From positions 434,001 to 498,000 of the forward strand of contig CM039008.1 in assembly GCA_017499595.2 (NCBI GenBank): DNA of 64,000 bases, in the 5' to 3' direction. This document shows positions 36,401 through 50,700 of the stretch, piece after piece; position 1 is the first letter of the stretch, and the number at the start of each line of letters is the position of its first letter. Under the pieces are notes generated by a model. That model worked only from the letters and a program-made list of their open reading frames with translations. It had not been told where the DNA came from and made no database searches. This DNA comes from Psilocybe cubensis (Eukaryota). Position numbers and translations under genes: made by a program.

Positions 36401-39400
36401 TCTAGGATGTATTGGTGAACAACTGCAAGATAAAAAGGTCAGAATAAGCTGGTACAATGCACAGAGAGTACATACCAAAAACACAATGTCTGCACCCTCA
36501 GAAGCGCCCATGTGGCAGTCATATTGTAGCAAAACTATTGAAAAAGGTCAGAAAAAGTGGAGGAACATCATGGAAAGACTTACAGAGTAGAGGGGACAGC
36601 AGAATGGAAAAGTCAAAAGCAAGGCAGCCGTGAACTCCTGGAAATCAACTTTTAGTTTTTTGTTTGGCAGTACCACCATGCGCAAACATACCGAAAGGGA
36701 GGTCAACTTGGCTTCAGACACAACCACAACCATGAAAAGGCCAGGATACGGCCAGAAAGACACCCAGCATTATGGGCGCACATTGGTGGGTCCTCTCATT
36801 TGTACAAGCCTTTATATACTCATTTTCTGCCAAGATATTACATGAATTGTTAGGTTTTGTTGACGCGTCGAGCATACGCGCCGCTGCGTTCAACAATCTT
36901 TGTTGATTCAAGGTACATTCTCTGCGCGTTTGAAGGTATGTTTTATTTCTCTCCGGTTGAACAGTACGCTATGTTGACGTTATCGGGTATGTTTGACTCC
37001 ATTTTTTTCATTAGCTCCGGCACTTGATTGACTGACGACTTCCTCACAAAAGATTTTAATGTAAGTTCTCTTTGCACAATTTTATTGGATTCATATTCCA
37101 CTTCTCCATTTATCGACAGTAACGACGCGAATACGAACACTGCAACAGGACGCACGCTGCAAAAAATTGAAACCGGAGGGCGGCGTCAATGGTCAGGGTA
37201 GCATTTGTTTGAATAATCGTACGTTGCCGATTCCCCGAGTCTCCGTGCTATCCTGACAAACCTGAATTTGCTGGCAATCAGAATCTTACCCTGACTCTTC
37301 TGTTTCACCCACCACCACGTCTTTTCCCCTCTCCAAATTCATCCCCTCACTTCCACATTTTCTCCCCATTTTCACGGAGGATTGGATACACAGTGAGTAT
37401 TCTTCAATGGTACAACGTGCAACGTGCTTACAATCTTTCAGGAGCTTTTGAAGCTACGCGTTGCTCCTGCAAACTCTTGTCCAAGAGTCCGTGCTTACTG
37501 GAAGCCACAGACGATTTCCCGTGTCAGACACGAACAGGCGCCTCATGTCTGCGACTCCCCATCGTATTGGACTCTCAGACTACGCAATACCAAACCGTCA
37601 GGGAAAGTTTACCAGAGGTCAAGGCGATTCAGGTTGTGAGTGGAGACTCTTCACGACAAGCAGAACTCACATTTTTGTCTGATAGTGTGCACGCGAACGC
37701 TGCTTTGTGAGTATCCTCTCGTCCTCAATTTTATTTGTCTGCTAACTTTATTGCAGCTTCAGAGAACCGTGAAGACTTGACGCAGTGTTCACGCGCACTC
37801 GTCCTCAATTCGATATGTCTGCTAAATTGATTGCAGCTTCAGAGAACCGTGAAGATTTGACGTGATATTTCTGGGACCGGTAGCTTGTATGTATCGACTA
37901 ATTGAATTCTATGAATAACACTTGTAACTCTGCTGAAATAGCATCAAGGCATTACAATGGAGAACCTTCAGAATCCGGCTGTAGAATATCCACCACGTAA
38001 CCTTTCCCCCATCCCCCCATATCCGCTACTGTCTATTTCAACCTAGCATGTGGACATCGGCGACATCCTCGCGGCATACGTCAACTGTGATGCTACTCGG
38101 ATGGTAAACGTAAAATAGCATTGGTTGATGCACGAATTTTGGGGTTCAACGAGAAGGTACGGTTATTTCATTTAGGTTCCTTTGCTTCAACTTCATTTTA
38201 TAAGGTTTCTGTAGTCAGTATCGAGCTAAATATCGTTAAGCGCCGTGAATTTGTTTTAATATGAATAACGTATTCTGCTCTTTTTTGACTCGAAAAAGCT
38301 CAAGTCAGTCTGGAATAATCTATAATTGCTCTAGCTACTACTCAGAGTCCGTAGTTAGCTCCACATTCGACGGAAAAAGTGCATTGAAATGACATATGGA
38401 CATGTTCTCCTCGACCCCTTCAGTACACCTACCCTTATTTCCGAGAGTGAAAATCGACTGGGTGAGATATATATCTCAGATTTGCACCACTCAGTAATAG
38501 AACGATACATTTCTGGAAGGGAAAATGAGTTCATACCGGAAGAAGTCACAAGGTCAACACGCACTCGTCAAGAATAACTACGCCAATTTCGGGTTAATCT
38601 GGCAAAAGGTCAATGTATTTCGGCCATTTGAGTGTCTAATTAGCGTGTCCTAGCTGGAATTCACATACCTGTAAAAAGATATGAAGCCCCATTCACGTTT
38701 TACGGCAAGACAAAAGTCGCACCACATTCATCTCCTCCTCCCCCAAATCACGGATTAACGCATTTCCAAACGTTCGCTGCATCTACTTGACATGTCAGCG
38801 CCACATCAATACATCCGGAGATATGAAAGGTGAGATGTCGGCACTCTGAATGTCTGTAAAGTTTGGTTGAACATGATTGAACACCGAGTGCTTGGTTCAT
38901 GCGTACCTGCCCGTTGAACGGAAAACTGGGATTAATCTGTGCATAACCACTATTAACTCGAGTATGATATTTAATGGTGAGTATAAATAGAGTGTGTATT
39001 CGTACCATTTATGAGATTTGGAGAAGAATTGAGACAGGCATTTGTTAAGCGCCCAAAGCGTCTAAAGAGCAATAACCACAAATTTTGCAGTCACAAATTC
39101 ATTATATTGTACCAAGTACATGAGAGAGTCAATGTAAGTAGTATACCTAAATGATACGCACAGATCAAAGGACATACCACAATGTCAATCAATTTTGTGG
39201 AAGAGATAACAAATGAAAACGGATGCGCATGCATCTTGTTCTCCTGGTTCAGTTCTCCGTTTCCAACGCACCAAACATCTTTTCCTTGCATCTCGGGATA
39301 GCATCACGTCATGCTGTCACTGCTAGAGCAGATGCCGTCAATGTTCATGGAAGATTGGCAGAAATTGTTTGAGTGCGAACATACTTTGAATCGAGGGGAC

Positions 39401-41476
39401 AGGGATGACATACCATGGCGCTATCGCTCAAATTGCATCTAGTGCGTCATTAACCACTGATTTACATGTATAGATACGGGGAGTATATGAAATTACACAA
39501 GAGGTTGAGTGATTTTGACGAATATAAAATTTACAATGCACGCACTCATATATTTCTCAAATCCAATGTGTTTGTTTGCAGATGCCGTTTTAACGCCATA
39601 GCCACTAATATACCTGTAAATATCGTACACCGTCAGTTTACAGACGGATAATGACTCGAGAGACCACCAACAACTCACGAATGAATGACAACGCGAAATC
39701 ACGACACAACCTCTCCTCCTCCCCCCATTCGCTCTAGCACTCGTTTCCAAACGTTTGCTTCGCTTGCACGTACCCTTCATTGCACCCATCACCCCTAGCT
39801 CCGATCACGGCATGTGTCAGTCGAGATGTAGTGGAACAACTAGGTTGGATGAAGATGCGAGTTGGTAATTGAATACATGGAGAATGAAATATACCCAACG
39901 GTGTTCTGTGCGGAAACGAGGTAAACGTCCGTATGGGGGTTGGTTTCTGGGTATACCATGATCTATTTCAGAGTAGTTGGGTCGCATCGAATGCACAGTG
40001 ACGATGACATTGGAAAACGAAACGTACATAGGTGTCCTGTGATGATTTTCAATGAAAACATTGAATTTGGGTTAATCGGAAAAGATGGGTGTGGGTGTTG
40101 CACATAGTTAACATGCACCATAATCCTTAGCATGCACGATGAGTTTGGCAAAGATTTAGGATGGAAAAGTTGCGGGCAGGATAATGATACATGGATGCCG
40201 ACATGCTCCCCATCCCCAAATTCGCCCGTTTCAACGATTCAAACGCTCGTTTCTCTCGGACCTGAACATCTTGACATCACGGAGTTTTATTCTCCGTACC
40301 TGTTCTGTAATGCTGCGATGGAAATTAGACTGGTGAGCATGGAAGATGTTGGAATTGAATGAAAATACCGTGAATGCCCAGAGTGTAATTGCGCAGAGTC
40401 TAGCCTGGTTATCGTAAACGGGTTATGTTAATATGGCAACAGCTAGATCCTCCATGAATAGGCGATTCATCAAGTCCAGAGATGTGCAAAGAGGAAAGTT
40501 TGCAATGTTGAACAGCATCTAGAGCGAGTAATTCAAGGTTTACCACAGAAAAGCATCCATTCTTTACAGATCAAAAATCCAGAGTTGAACGAGTCATTGA
40601 ACAGAGGTAATTCCAGCAGGCATACATTCAGATGAGGACGATTCGAATCTCATATTTCGAAATCTAATGAGCAGACGACGGCGCAGGTGAATGAAAGTCG
40701 AACCAAACATGTTGCTCAACCTCTCGCTTAGGTGGCGGACACACATTTCCCCCTTTGGACGGATATTCAACAGACATACGAATGCGGATACGAAAAGGTA
40801 TAAAAGGAGGGTGGAGTTGACCTGGATTCCTCAGTTCGGTTCTCCCTCTCCTCCTGTTTTCCTCCTGCCTCGCCTCGCCTTGTCTGCCTACCCCGCCAGC
40901 CTTGACCACCTCGCTACGGTTGACAAAGTGAGTGCATGGGAGAGGCCAGCTTGACGTGGCAAACGTCAAGCGTCAGCAGCTGGTAAGTCATTTGTGACGC
41001 GCTTGTTGAAAAAACCGACATTTTCCAGGCAGTTGCGCGGTGAAGGATGTGTCCCTTGCTGAGAATGTCAGTATTCGCGACGTTTTTGTTGACCGAATTA
41101 ATGCTTACCTGGTTTGCACAGCAATGACCCCGCCCCATGCTCTGAGAGAGGTGTTCGCGCTCCACGCGCTTAGAGGTGTTGTGGGCCGGACGCGCTGAGG
41201 ATGTGGGTACCCGCTACGTGTTTGTTGAGAGAATTGCTGCTCACCTGGTTTGCATAGCAATAACAGGGGTGTCATGAACCCATACACTGAAGAGGTGCCC
41301 AGTCGGCCGGACCCGATGCGCTGAGGATATCAGTACGTGTGACACGTTTGTTGATATAACTACTACTCACCTAGTTTGCATAGCAACGTTCGACAGCTCC
41401 TACACGCTTAGAGAGTCGTTGTAGATGCAGCGTCCCCCCATTCCTATCCCTTTTCATGTCCGAGCAATAACCGCCC
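31256..41476. repeat. Tandem array unit 3 (B-type DUF6535 coding part, A-type remainder), 10221 bp
   Basis: ORFs 31492-33190 match unit 2; ORFs from 33245 onward match unit 1. Confidence 0.95.
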
Positions 41477-43658
41477 CAAACCAAAGGAAAACCGCAAATG
41501 TAAGAAGTGCTTCGCATTGAAACTGGGAATCATTGCCTGGAATATGGTCGAGCAGTAGGCCGACAATGCCCTGGTTGATCAGCGCTACACGATAAGACTC
41601 TAATTATCATTAATTTCTGAAGTGAAACAGAGAGTGCATACCATGGACACCTATGGCAGAAATGGAACTCAGTACTGCTCTTTGAACCCGTTTTTGTGGG
41701 TGTTTTATCATATTGGAAAGTGTGTTTCCGAGTTCAGGACCTAAAAGCATGGGATGCATGCGTTCTATTGCCGATATGAGACGACAATCGGATTATACAA
41801 AGCCACAGTACGCACCATTCAGAGCCAAACATTTGAGTGTAGATCCCTTATCCATCGCAGAGAGAATAAGAGAAGCGTCAATCAACCACTGTCGATGCAG
41901 AGGGTTTGTACAATTAGAAATCACTTCCGGAATATGATTGGTGAATTCGGCAGGTATCAGAAATCCTGAGCGTATCCGCACATGGATGTGGATGCAAATA
42001 ATCAATTCAAGAATATCGTCTTGGAACATATCCCAATTTGACAGGGTCCCTCCCGGTTGCAGAAAAGCTACGAGTGAGCTAGCGCTCCAATTTAAGGAAG
42101 AATGGGTGGTCTGGACAAGAGACAGCATAACTGTAAGGTATGCTCGAGTTACATCGGAAGAGGTTTCAGTCTTGTCTAGGGAGGATAGAAGCTCCGTGAT
42201 GTTGCGGGTCAAGACTCGTAATGGGTCTGCAATATACAAAGCCTCCTGCAACCTTGACGACATGGGTAGTCCCGCAATGGCACAGACTGGATCATCAAGT
42301 TTGAAGGTTCACGCCAGTGAAAACAGACCAACGAGGACATCTGTCCTCAATTCGTCTGATGGAGGGTTTGAAACGAGCATGAGATGATATAAAGATGAGA
42401 ATGTGTCGAAGATGCCCTTTGTCCATGTCCTACGTAGCTTGGTGGTGGACAAAAGGACATGATCGAGGTGGGTGTAAGAGCTGGTAACTCTCCGCGCCTT
42501 ACGTCGGCGTTGGCGGGGAGTGAATACCAAGTGTCCAATTGCATCTGCCAGGAGAATGAGAGGAATAAAGACGCCAGGAATCTAATAAGAGATATGTTGA
42601 TGTCCTTCATAGAATTCAAAGACCATCGCTTACAATTGGCAGCAAGCCAGATATCGGGGTATTAAATGGGGAATTGGGATTGAGAAGCGGGCGAATGCTA
42701 CATCCTAGGTAGAGGAGCATGGTGATGGCAATAAGCGTCGTCACAACTACCCCAATTCGCGGGTCGTCCTGAAACAATAAAATGACGAGGCCGCCGAAGA
42801 AGAGGTAAAAGGCAATGTGCAAGGTTATTGGCAGGGCATGTATAACAGCTCGTAGATGTCGCTGGTCGTCGCCGAAGAACCGTCGATGACGATTGCAGGC
42901 GTCGATTATAGGCAGTCCAGCTGATACAGGAATAAATTGGGATACCCACCCTTTCGCCAGGATTGTTCCAAAAGCACCCGTTAAGGCAAAGGTGAGGCTG
43001 ACGAACCAGAGTCCATTCACCCATACCAAAGGTGATGAGGGTACAAAGGTTGTTGATAGTAGGGAATTCTGACGAGTTTCCGACGACAAGGTTTGAATGA
43101 GGTCTCTGATCAAATTATTCGTGATAGCCTGAGGGTCTTGTTGGAGATCTTTTCGTGTCTCGATAAGAAAGGCAGTCAAAATGGCAGAAAACAGGCCCGC
43201 CTATAAATTGACGTCAGAAACAAAATTGTGGAACAAGCAAAACATACAAATATCAAGATGGTATCCAAGTCACAGTTCCATATTCTCATCAACTCTTCGC
43301 CTTTTGATTTGGTCAAGTCGAGGTACATCGACCAGACCTTTGCATCATCTGCTAGGTAGTCCGCGAATGGGTTTCGGAGGTCTGCATTGGAGGTTGCCAC
43401 GTATTCCCTAGCTGCCGTTTCAATGGATGCTCTCGATGGTGGCCGGTAGACTAATACGATTGTTGTTATTGGTCTTTTTCAGGCGCATCTGAGGTAAAAA
43501 AACATACCCTTTGTGTCAGACAACCGTGATTCTGCCCTCTCCACGTCGCGGGGAAATGGAAAACGATAAGCAAGCGCTGATAGAGTACTGGTCCCATTCC
43601 CTGATTGGATTCTCAGGCACCGTGCGACAATCTCCCAAAACGACGATTTCGCCTGCAT
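41454..43658 (-). pseudogene. Truncated DUF6535 copy 4 with premature stop (CGA>TGA)
   Basis: G>A at 42311 (+ strand, within a CpG) ends ORF 42309..42530 at ...LFSLA*. There is also a P>R change in ORF 41793..42263. Confidence 0.75.
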
Positions 43659-45794
43659 GTGTTGTTCTTGAAGGTTTTCGCGTCTATGCCTGAGCAAGGT
43701 CGATAAATACGCCGTCCTCCTCGTTGCTTATAGTGAAAAAGTTAGACACTCGTGAGTCATACGCACCATTGAATTTACGGTCGTGTGGCAATGCGAAGGG
43801 ATTGGCACCCTGGCGGATTGGTTTTCCCAAATGATTTGCTGCCTCAAATAGAAATGCACTGGTTTACATACATGAATTGACAGCGATAAGTATGTATCGG
43901 CAGTTGACTTACCCTTCCATTGCTTCGAATCCCAAATAGACGCTCATTTGCATCATTCAATCATCTGGGAAAGTTAGTTTGGAAGGACCGAGGTTCGGAT
44001 ACGTCTCTGACGGATTCCCTGTGAATAGAAACTCAATAGACATGTAATTGGGTGCTATTTGCATGTTTAGAGCTGCGCCAATACGCACCTACACTTCCGA
44101 GTAGCATTGTGGCGGCCAGTCGAAACGAGAACTTTTGAAAGTTGACGCCCCTTTTCAATTCTTGAGTCATCTTAAGTATGCCGAATGATGGCCGATAAAA
44201 ATATTTCATTTACCGCGATGGCCGAGCATCTCACCAGGGTAATATCAGGATACAGTGGCTTGCGGAGTCCTGTTGTTCTTCCTGATGGCTTTTCTCAACT
44301 TCAGAATCTATTCCCTCGAATACCTCTCTCCTCCTTGATAGATTCCGACTGTGGCACCAATTAAATGCTCTAGGATCATCCGGTGCAGACACCTCTCTCG
44401 ACTCAGCTCGCGCCTCGCTCTCCACCCGCAAACATTTACTCGCATTCCAAACCGCCATTGAACGTGCCCCCTTCCCTGTAATTGCTGCAATTCACGGTCA
44501 TTGTATCGTTGGTTCACGAGCTTACGTATACCGCTCGAGTCTTCTCATCGGACGAGGCTGGGGCTAGTTTCTCGCGTCGTTCTGCCTCTAAAAGGGAATT
44601 TTCTGGTGAGATGAGGGTCGTTTAAGTGTGTTTAGATGGTGAAATCTATTTATATCACAAAAAAACAGCCTAGTTCATACATTCCAACACCTTCAATTTA
44701 TCGTACAAGCAGAGGTTAGCCCCGCCCGAAGGCCAGTGCGGGGCGTAACAGGTCTATCTACTACGGAAAGTGCTTACCTCTCTCTCCGAACACCTACTAA
44801 CCTGACACGTCACGCATAGGTGCTGCTCCTAGCACTGGCAGAGTGGGCTTTGCTGTTGCGTAAGTGATGCGCAAAGACAAACGTCGATACATTGTGGAAA
44901 GGCTGGTTGCGGCTGGATACAAGTTCACGGTCCCGCGTGGCCATACGGGTGTGCGGATTGGTGAAGAGTAGGCGTCGAAATGCACGTTGCAGCTCAGTCG
45001 GTGGCATACACAGAGTGGGCTTGCGCACCAACACATGTGCAGATCGGTGTAGCGTCGTCAGCCAAGGTTACAAGGGAATGACATGGTGGGGACAATATCA
45101 GATGGGTGGCCAAGGACACTTGAATCAGGTAAGAGTACATGCGCCGCGTGCGGGTCGGCGGACGTCAACTCATCCCTAGCAGTCCCCTTGTGCATGCACT
45201 CCTGCGCCTCTGTTTACTGCTACGTTGCCTTGTCGGACATCGATGTAGAGCAGAATGTTATTGGGGATATAGGGCAAAAGGACATGGGTTGGCAGGCGTT
45301 GATACTGTGCATCACAGCATCCCCGGCACCTCTGGTCCGTGCGACGTCCCTACTCGTTCTTGCGCAACTCGGCGGATGGCAATACCACGCATAAATGCAG
45401 ATTGCGCAGCTCGGCGGACATCGATATAGAGTGTCGGGGCATTGGCGTGGCGGGTGTCAACACATCCCTGGCCCTGGGCATTGGCGAACCATGGGGTGGC
45501 GGGCGTAGATGTCTGTTGGTCGGCGGGTGTCGATATATAGCGTCAACGCGCCCCACCCCGGAAGTCGATGAAGGGTGTCGAGGCAGAGTCCATCCCTCCT
45601 CCATGCTGGTCGGCGGACGTCAATACATGGCGTCAACGCATCCCCACCACCGGAACTCGATACAGAGTGTCGACGCCTAGTCGACGCCTCCACTAACAAG
45701 GCCCCGACACCTCCCCACCACGAGTATCGGCTGAACGTGCTGGTCGGCGGACGTCGATACATGGCGTCAGCGCATCCCACCACCGGAAGTTGAT

Positions 45795-45967
45795 TGTTAG
45801 AGTTCCCTCTAACGTAGACACACACACGTGCCTGTAGTCACATATCACACAGTATTTGTAGACACACCCGTAGCTACGTAGCCTCAGTTCCTTCTTTGTT
45901 AGCACACCCAACACGTTCTGGTCCTTCGTCTCTCTCTCCCGCCTCGTCTCCGGGTCTCCTCCTAACA
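45795..45967 (+). repeat. 5' LTR of element 2
   Basis: Direct repeat of 52048-52220 with no difference seen by eye. Confidence 0.95.
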
Positions 45968-46514
45968 TCAAGAAGGAACTCTAACACATTCAAAACATCC
46001 TCTCTCATCGCCTTTTGGCATTTCAATACCACCGTTTCCCAAACTGCCTGGACTACCTCGTTCCCCTTCGATCCTGCCCATCCAGCAGGATATCGAAGCC
46101 TGTACCGACACTTGTGACCGCTACTCTTGGCAATTATTTTTTTTGCAAAGAGACCTCTTGTTGCACGAAGAAACCCTGCGTATTGCTTCCAACCAGGGTG
46201 CATCTTTTGATACCCTTCGGCGACTTACTGCTGCTGTTATAGACTGTCAACGGTCAATCTCACATACCAGAGACCTTCTCGCTTCCGCTGAAAGACAGTT
46301 GCGTTACCTACACGACCAGGCTGATCGCGTTCGCGACCTACAAGATTGTCTGGCTACTCTGTCTCGCCGCATTGATAATCTGGCTTTTACCACCTCTCTT
46401 AGCCCTGCTATTTTGTCTGGACTTCACGCCCGCCTTGACGATATTCTCAGCTCTCCTCTCTTCTCCAGGTCCTCTACCCCAGACAGCTTACCTGACCTTG
46501 AACCCTCCGATTAG
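45966..46514 (+). other. ATG-less open frame upstream of gag in element 2, coiled-coil-like
   Basis: The frame of ORF 46143..46514 stays open back to TAA 45963-45965 and contains a heptad-like stretch 'LLASAERQLRYLHDQADRVRDLQDCLATLSRRIDNL'. No in-frame ATG. Confidence 0.4.
45970..45980 (+). promoter_or_regulatory. Self-priming primer-binding site of element 2
   Basis: AAGAAGGAACT is the exact reverse complement of AGTTCCTTCTT (45886-45896) in the LTR; no tRNA-type PBS is present. Confidence 0.8.
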
Positions 46515-46610
46515 AAGCGCATATATTCACCCTTTTGGCGCATACACCCACCCTCTCTGTTTTTTTCTCTTTCCTTTTTTTAATTCGCTTCTCGCTTATC
46601 GTTTGCACTC

Positions 46611-47795
46611 ATGCCTCCCGGAAAAAGTAAAGGTCGTTCGGTCTCCCCCCGTCGTGGTCGTGACGGTAGTGATGACGACACTGTGTCCCGAATTGACCCT
46701 GCCATTATCGCTCTCATTAAGGCTAGCCAGGAATCCAATAAAGAAACTATGAAAGATATTCTCGAACTGTCGCGTATACAAGCCGAAACTATGTTCAAAT
46801 CATTCCTCGCGTTACCCCAACTCCAAACCTCTACCCACTCCTCTGCGACTACCTCTACCGCCCGCTCTGGTGATTCACGCGCTTATAAGGTGCCCTTTCC
46901 AGGTGCCTTCGACGGCTCCTCTGATACTGTCGAAGACTTGCTGGCCTCATGGCGTAACTTTTTTCACTCCGACCCCGAAGCATACAAAACCACTGATTCC
47001 AAAGTACGCACCGCTCTCAGTTCTTTCAAGACCGGCACGCCCGCTGTCTGGCGTAACCAGCTCATTGAAGAGCTAGAGTCTGGGCAATGCGTCTTAACCA
47101 ACTGGTCCGACTTTGAGGAGCGCGTGAAAGACTCCTTCCTGTTCCATTTCTCGCAACAACGCGCGGCACGCGAGATCATGTGCATCCGTCAGAACTCCAC
47201 GCCCACTCAAGAGTTCATTATTATCTTCGAGAACCTTGCCTTTCGCTCCAAGTTTAACGACGAAGCGTTGATCCAATGCTTCAAAATGGCCTTGGATAAG
47301 CGTATTATGGAGGAGATTGGACGAACACACCGTGAGATGCCCACATTCGCGGAATGGAAGAGTGCCGCAATCTTGATGGCTCACAGACTGCGTGAGACTG
47401 ATGCCACGGTGACTCCGGTCGTCAACACCACCGCCACCTGGCGTCCTCCCCCTTCTTTCACCTCCACCCCTTCCACTGTTCAAAAGTCTAGCAACCCCCG
47501 CCCCGCTGCTCCTGCCCCCAACGCGACTCTACCTGCAAACATCTCCGCTGCTCCGAATCGACGTGCCGCCCTGCCCTGCTTTAACTGCGGCGTATTTGGC
47601 CACTTCATGCGAGTCTGCCCCAAACCCAAAGATCTCGAATTCCAACGCAAATCACGCGCAAAACTGGAACGAGCTCGGGCCGTCCTCGAGTGCTTTGATG
47701 CTTTGCCTGATGACGACAAGCATGAGATTCGATGCGTTGATGTTGACGAAAGTGCCTTGTTTGATGATTCGGATTTTGTTTCTTGCGTCGAGTGA
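46611..47795 (+). CDS. gag: Gag of element 2
   Basis: 394-aa ORF with 'FPGAFDGS', 'IRQNSTPTQEFIIIF' and zinc knuckle 'CFNCGVFGHFMRVC'. Confidence 0.92.
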   Translation: MPPGKSKGRSVSPRRGRDGSDDDTVSRIDPAIIALIKASQESNKETMKDILELSRIQAETMFKSFLALPQLQTSTHSSATTSTARSGDSRAYKVPFPGAFDGSSDTVEDLLASWRNFFHSDPEAYKTTDSKVRTALSSFKTGTPAVWRNQLIEELESGQCVLTNWSDFEERVKDSFLFHFSQQRAAREIMCIRQNSTPTQEFIIIFENLAFRSKFNDEALIQCFKMALDKRIMEEIGRTHREMPTFAEWKSAAILMAHRLRETDATVTPVVNTTATWRPPPSFTSTPSTVQKSSNPRPAAPAPNATLPANISAAPNRRAALPCFNCGVFGHFMRVCPKPKDLEFQRKSRAKLERARAVLECFDALPDDDKHEIRCVDVDESALFDDSDFVSCVE

Positions 47796-50700
47796 GTAGT
47801 ACGTCCTCGCCGCTTCTGTACAACAACCCTGTAATTACTCCCAAATTGCATGTTGCATTGTCTCCAAAATCCGTACCTCTGCCCGTGTTACCTGTTTACG
47901 CGACCCCTCAACCTTCATTATCCAATTCTGTATTGACTCCTGACAAGCCCTCTTCTTCAACAACATCACCCAACTCCGACTACCCGACACCAACACTCCT
48001 GCCCGCGCACCCACAACCTCCAACTATGGCACCCGATTGCATTCCATATTCAGACCTCTTTTTATCCTGTCCTGAGGATGATCCACCAGAGCTGCAAGCC
48101 CCAGATGCCTCTGATGATTCGGATGAAGATTCGCCAACCAAGCCTGCTCAACAAACCTCCGCCCACGATGATGCATCTGTCTCTATGACACACGATGCAA
48201 GTCCACCACCGGCCCCACGCGACTCTCTACTTTGCAGCCCGCCCGTCGCTGACCACACAGACTGCCCGCCTTCAATCCCTACACCTGTCCGCACCGTCCT
48301 GTGCAACTTGCGCCGATTACGCAGCACGCCTTGGCGAACCGAGAGCCTGCTCAAATCCTGGGCCCCAAAGGAGCGTTGGGACGACATTGACGATGATCTG
48401 ATTGCTGCTCTTTGCGATCTCCCCTGGACCGACGCCGCCAAAGTCCTCCAGCAGCTCAAGAAGCCCCGCGACTACATCTCCCGCATGGGGAGTAAATGCC
48501 TTGACATTCCAATGTCGGCTGCACCCCCAGGCTCGACCTCTTTGGTGTCGCTGAAAGCGCTCTTAGACAGCGGTGCCACTGGTTGTTACGTGCACTCCGA
48601 TTTTGTCAAACTCAATGGATGGGTGACTGAGCGGCTGCCCCACCCCGTTAGCGTTTACAATGCAGACGGAACTCGCAATGCCAACGGTGCTATCACAGAT
48701 GTTGTTTACCTTGTCATCCGCATTGAAAACCATGTTGAGCGACTCCGCCTTTCAGTCACCAACACGGGATCATCTTCCCTCATCCTCGGGCACTCCTGGC
48801 TCTGGTTCCATAATCCGCTTGTTGACTGGCGAGAGGCCAAGCTCTGCTTTGCACGCTGCCCCACGTCCTGTGGTGCTGACGTGCTGCCGACTTCGCACCC
48901 TGATGGCGAAACCGTGAATGTTTGCCGCGAAGGACCCCAGCTCCGTGAAGACGACATCTTTGATGACAGCCCGGGCCCCTTCACGCCGGTCTCTGCTGCG
49001 GAATGGGCTGACGCCTTTGCTGGTGAACTTGCCGATGGTGAATCGATGTGCGCGGTTGACCTCAATGAGTTCACGTCCGAACAAGTCCATGGCTCATGCG
49101 ACCACCGCATTTCTCACTTTTTGCGAACTCAACGTGAAGCAGCTTCATATCCCGACCGCTACCTGAAGGAATTTGCACCTGTTTTCTCCAAAGAGGAGTT
49201 TGACGAGCTCCCACCCCGTCGCCCATGGGATCATGCTATTAACCTGAAACCAGATGCAAAGTCGTTCAAAGCAAAGCCGTACCGTCTGTCGCCCGCTGAA
49301 ACCTCGAAGGTCAAGGAATGGATAGAAGAGGAAAAACGCACTGGCCGTATACGGGACTCCATCTCTCCCTATGCCGCCCCTTTCTTCTTCATCCAGAAAA
49401 AGGATGGCTCACTGCGCCCTGTGCAAGACTACCGACGCCTGAACGATATCACGATCAAGAACCGCTATCCATTGCCGCTCATCTCTGACCTCATGGACAA
49501 GCTTAAAGGCGCGAAAGTATTCACCAAACTTGACGTCCGCTGGGGTTTCAATAACATTCGTATCAGGGAAGGCGATGAGCACAAGGCTGCCTTTATCACG
49601 GAGTTTGGACTTTTTGAGCCTCTTGTAATGTTCTTTGGATTGACAAACTCACCAGCTACCTTCCAGAATATGATGAACGATCTGTTCAAGGATCTCATTG
49701 CTGGCGGCCATGTCGTGATATATATGGATGACATCCTCATCTTCACTGATGATGTCCAGTCCCATCGACATCTTGTCCGCAATGTCTTGCAGATTCTGGA
49801 GGACAACAAGCTTTATCTGCGGCCAGAAAAGTGCTGTTTTGAGCAGGACCGTGTGGAATACTTGGGCGTCATTGTCGGCCACGGGAAAATGTCCATGGAT
49901 CCCAAGAAAGTTGACGCTATCACCTCTTGGCCAATCCCGCGCTGTCGTAAGGACGTCCAACAGTTCCTCGGTTTCGTCAACTTCTACCGTAGGTTTATCA
50001 AGAACTTCTCCCGCATTGCCGCTCCCCTGCATGCCCTGGGTGGTTCGGCGCCTTGGGTATGGGACAATTTGTCAACATCCGCCTTCAACGAGCTCAAATC
50101 CGCCTGCGCTTCACACCCGGTGCTACTTCTTCCCCGCGACGGTGCCCCATTCCGCATAGAGGCAGACAGCTCTGGATACGCAACCGGCGCGGTGCTCAGC
50201 CAATTTGTTGACAATTCCTGGCAACCGGTCGCGTTTGCTTCAAAAGCCCTCAGTCCCGTTGAGCGCAACTACGAGATACATGACCGCGAACTACTGTCAA
50301 TCATGAGGTCTCTCGATGACTGGCGACGCTACCTCCACGGCTCCGATTCTCCTGTTGAGATCCACACCGATCACAAGAACCTTCAGTATTTCATGACCGC
50401 TCAGAAATTGAACCGTCGTCAGGCTCGCTGGTCCCTGCAGCTCGCTGAATTCGATTTCGTACTCGTCCACAAGCCAGGCCCGACCATGATCTGCGCAGAC
50501 TCGTTGTCCCGCCGCCCCGACTACGATAAAGGTGTTGGCGACAACGAAAACGTCACCTTACTGCGCCCAGAACACATTCGACGTACTGCTGAATGCTCAA
50601 TTGGGGATGACCCCGTCCTGGCTGACATTCGAACTCACCAGCACCAAATCACTGAAATGTGGGAAAAGCACAAGAACCTGCCTGGCTGGTCCCTCCACGA

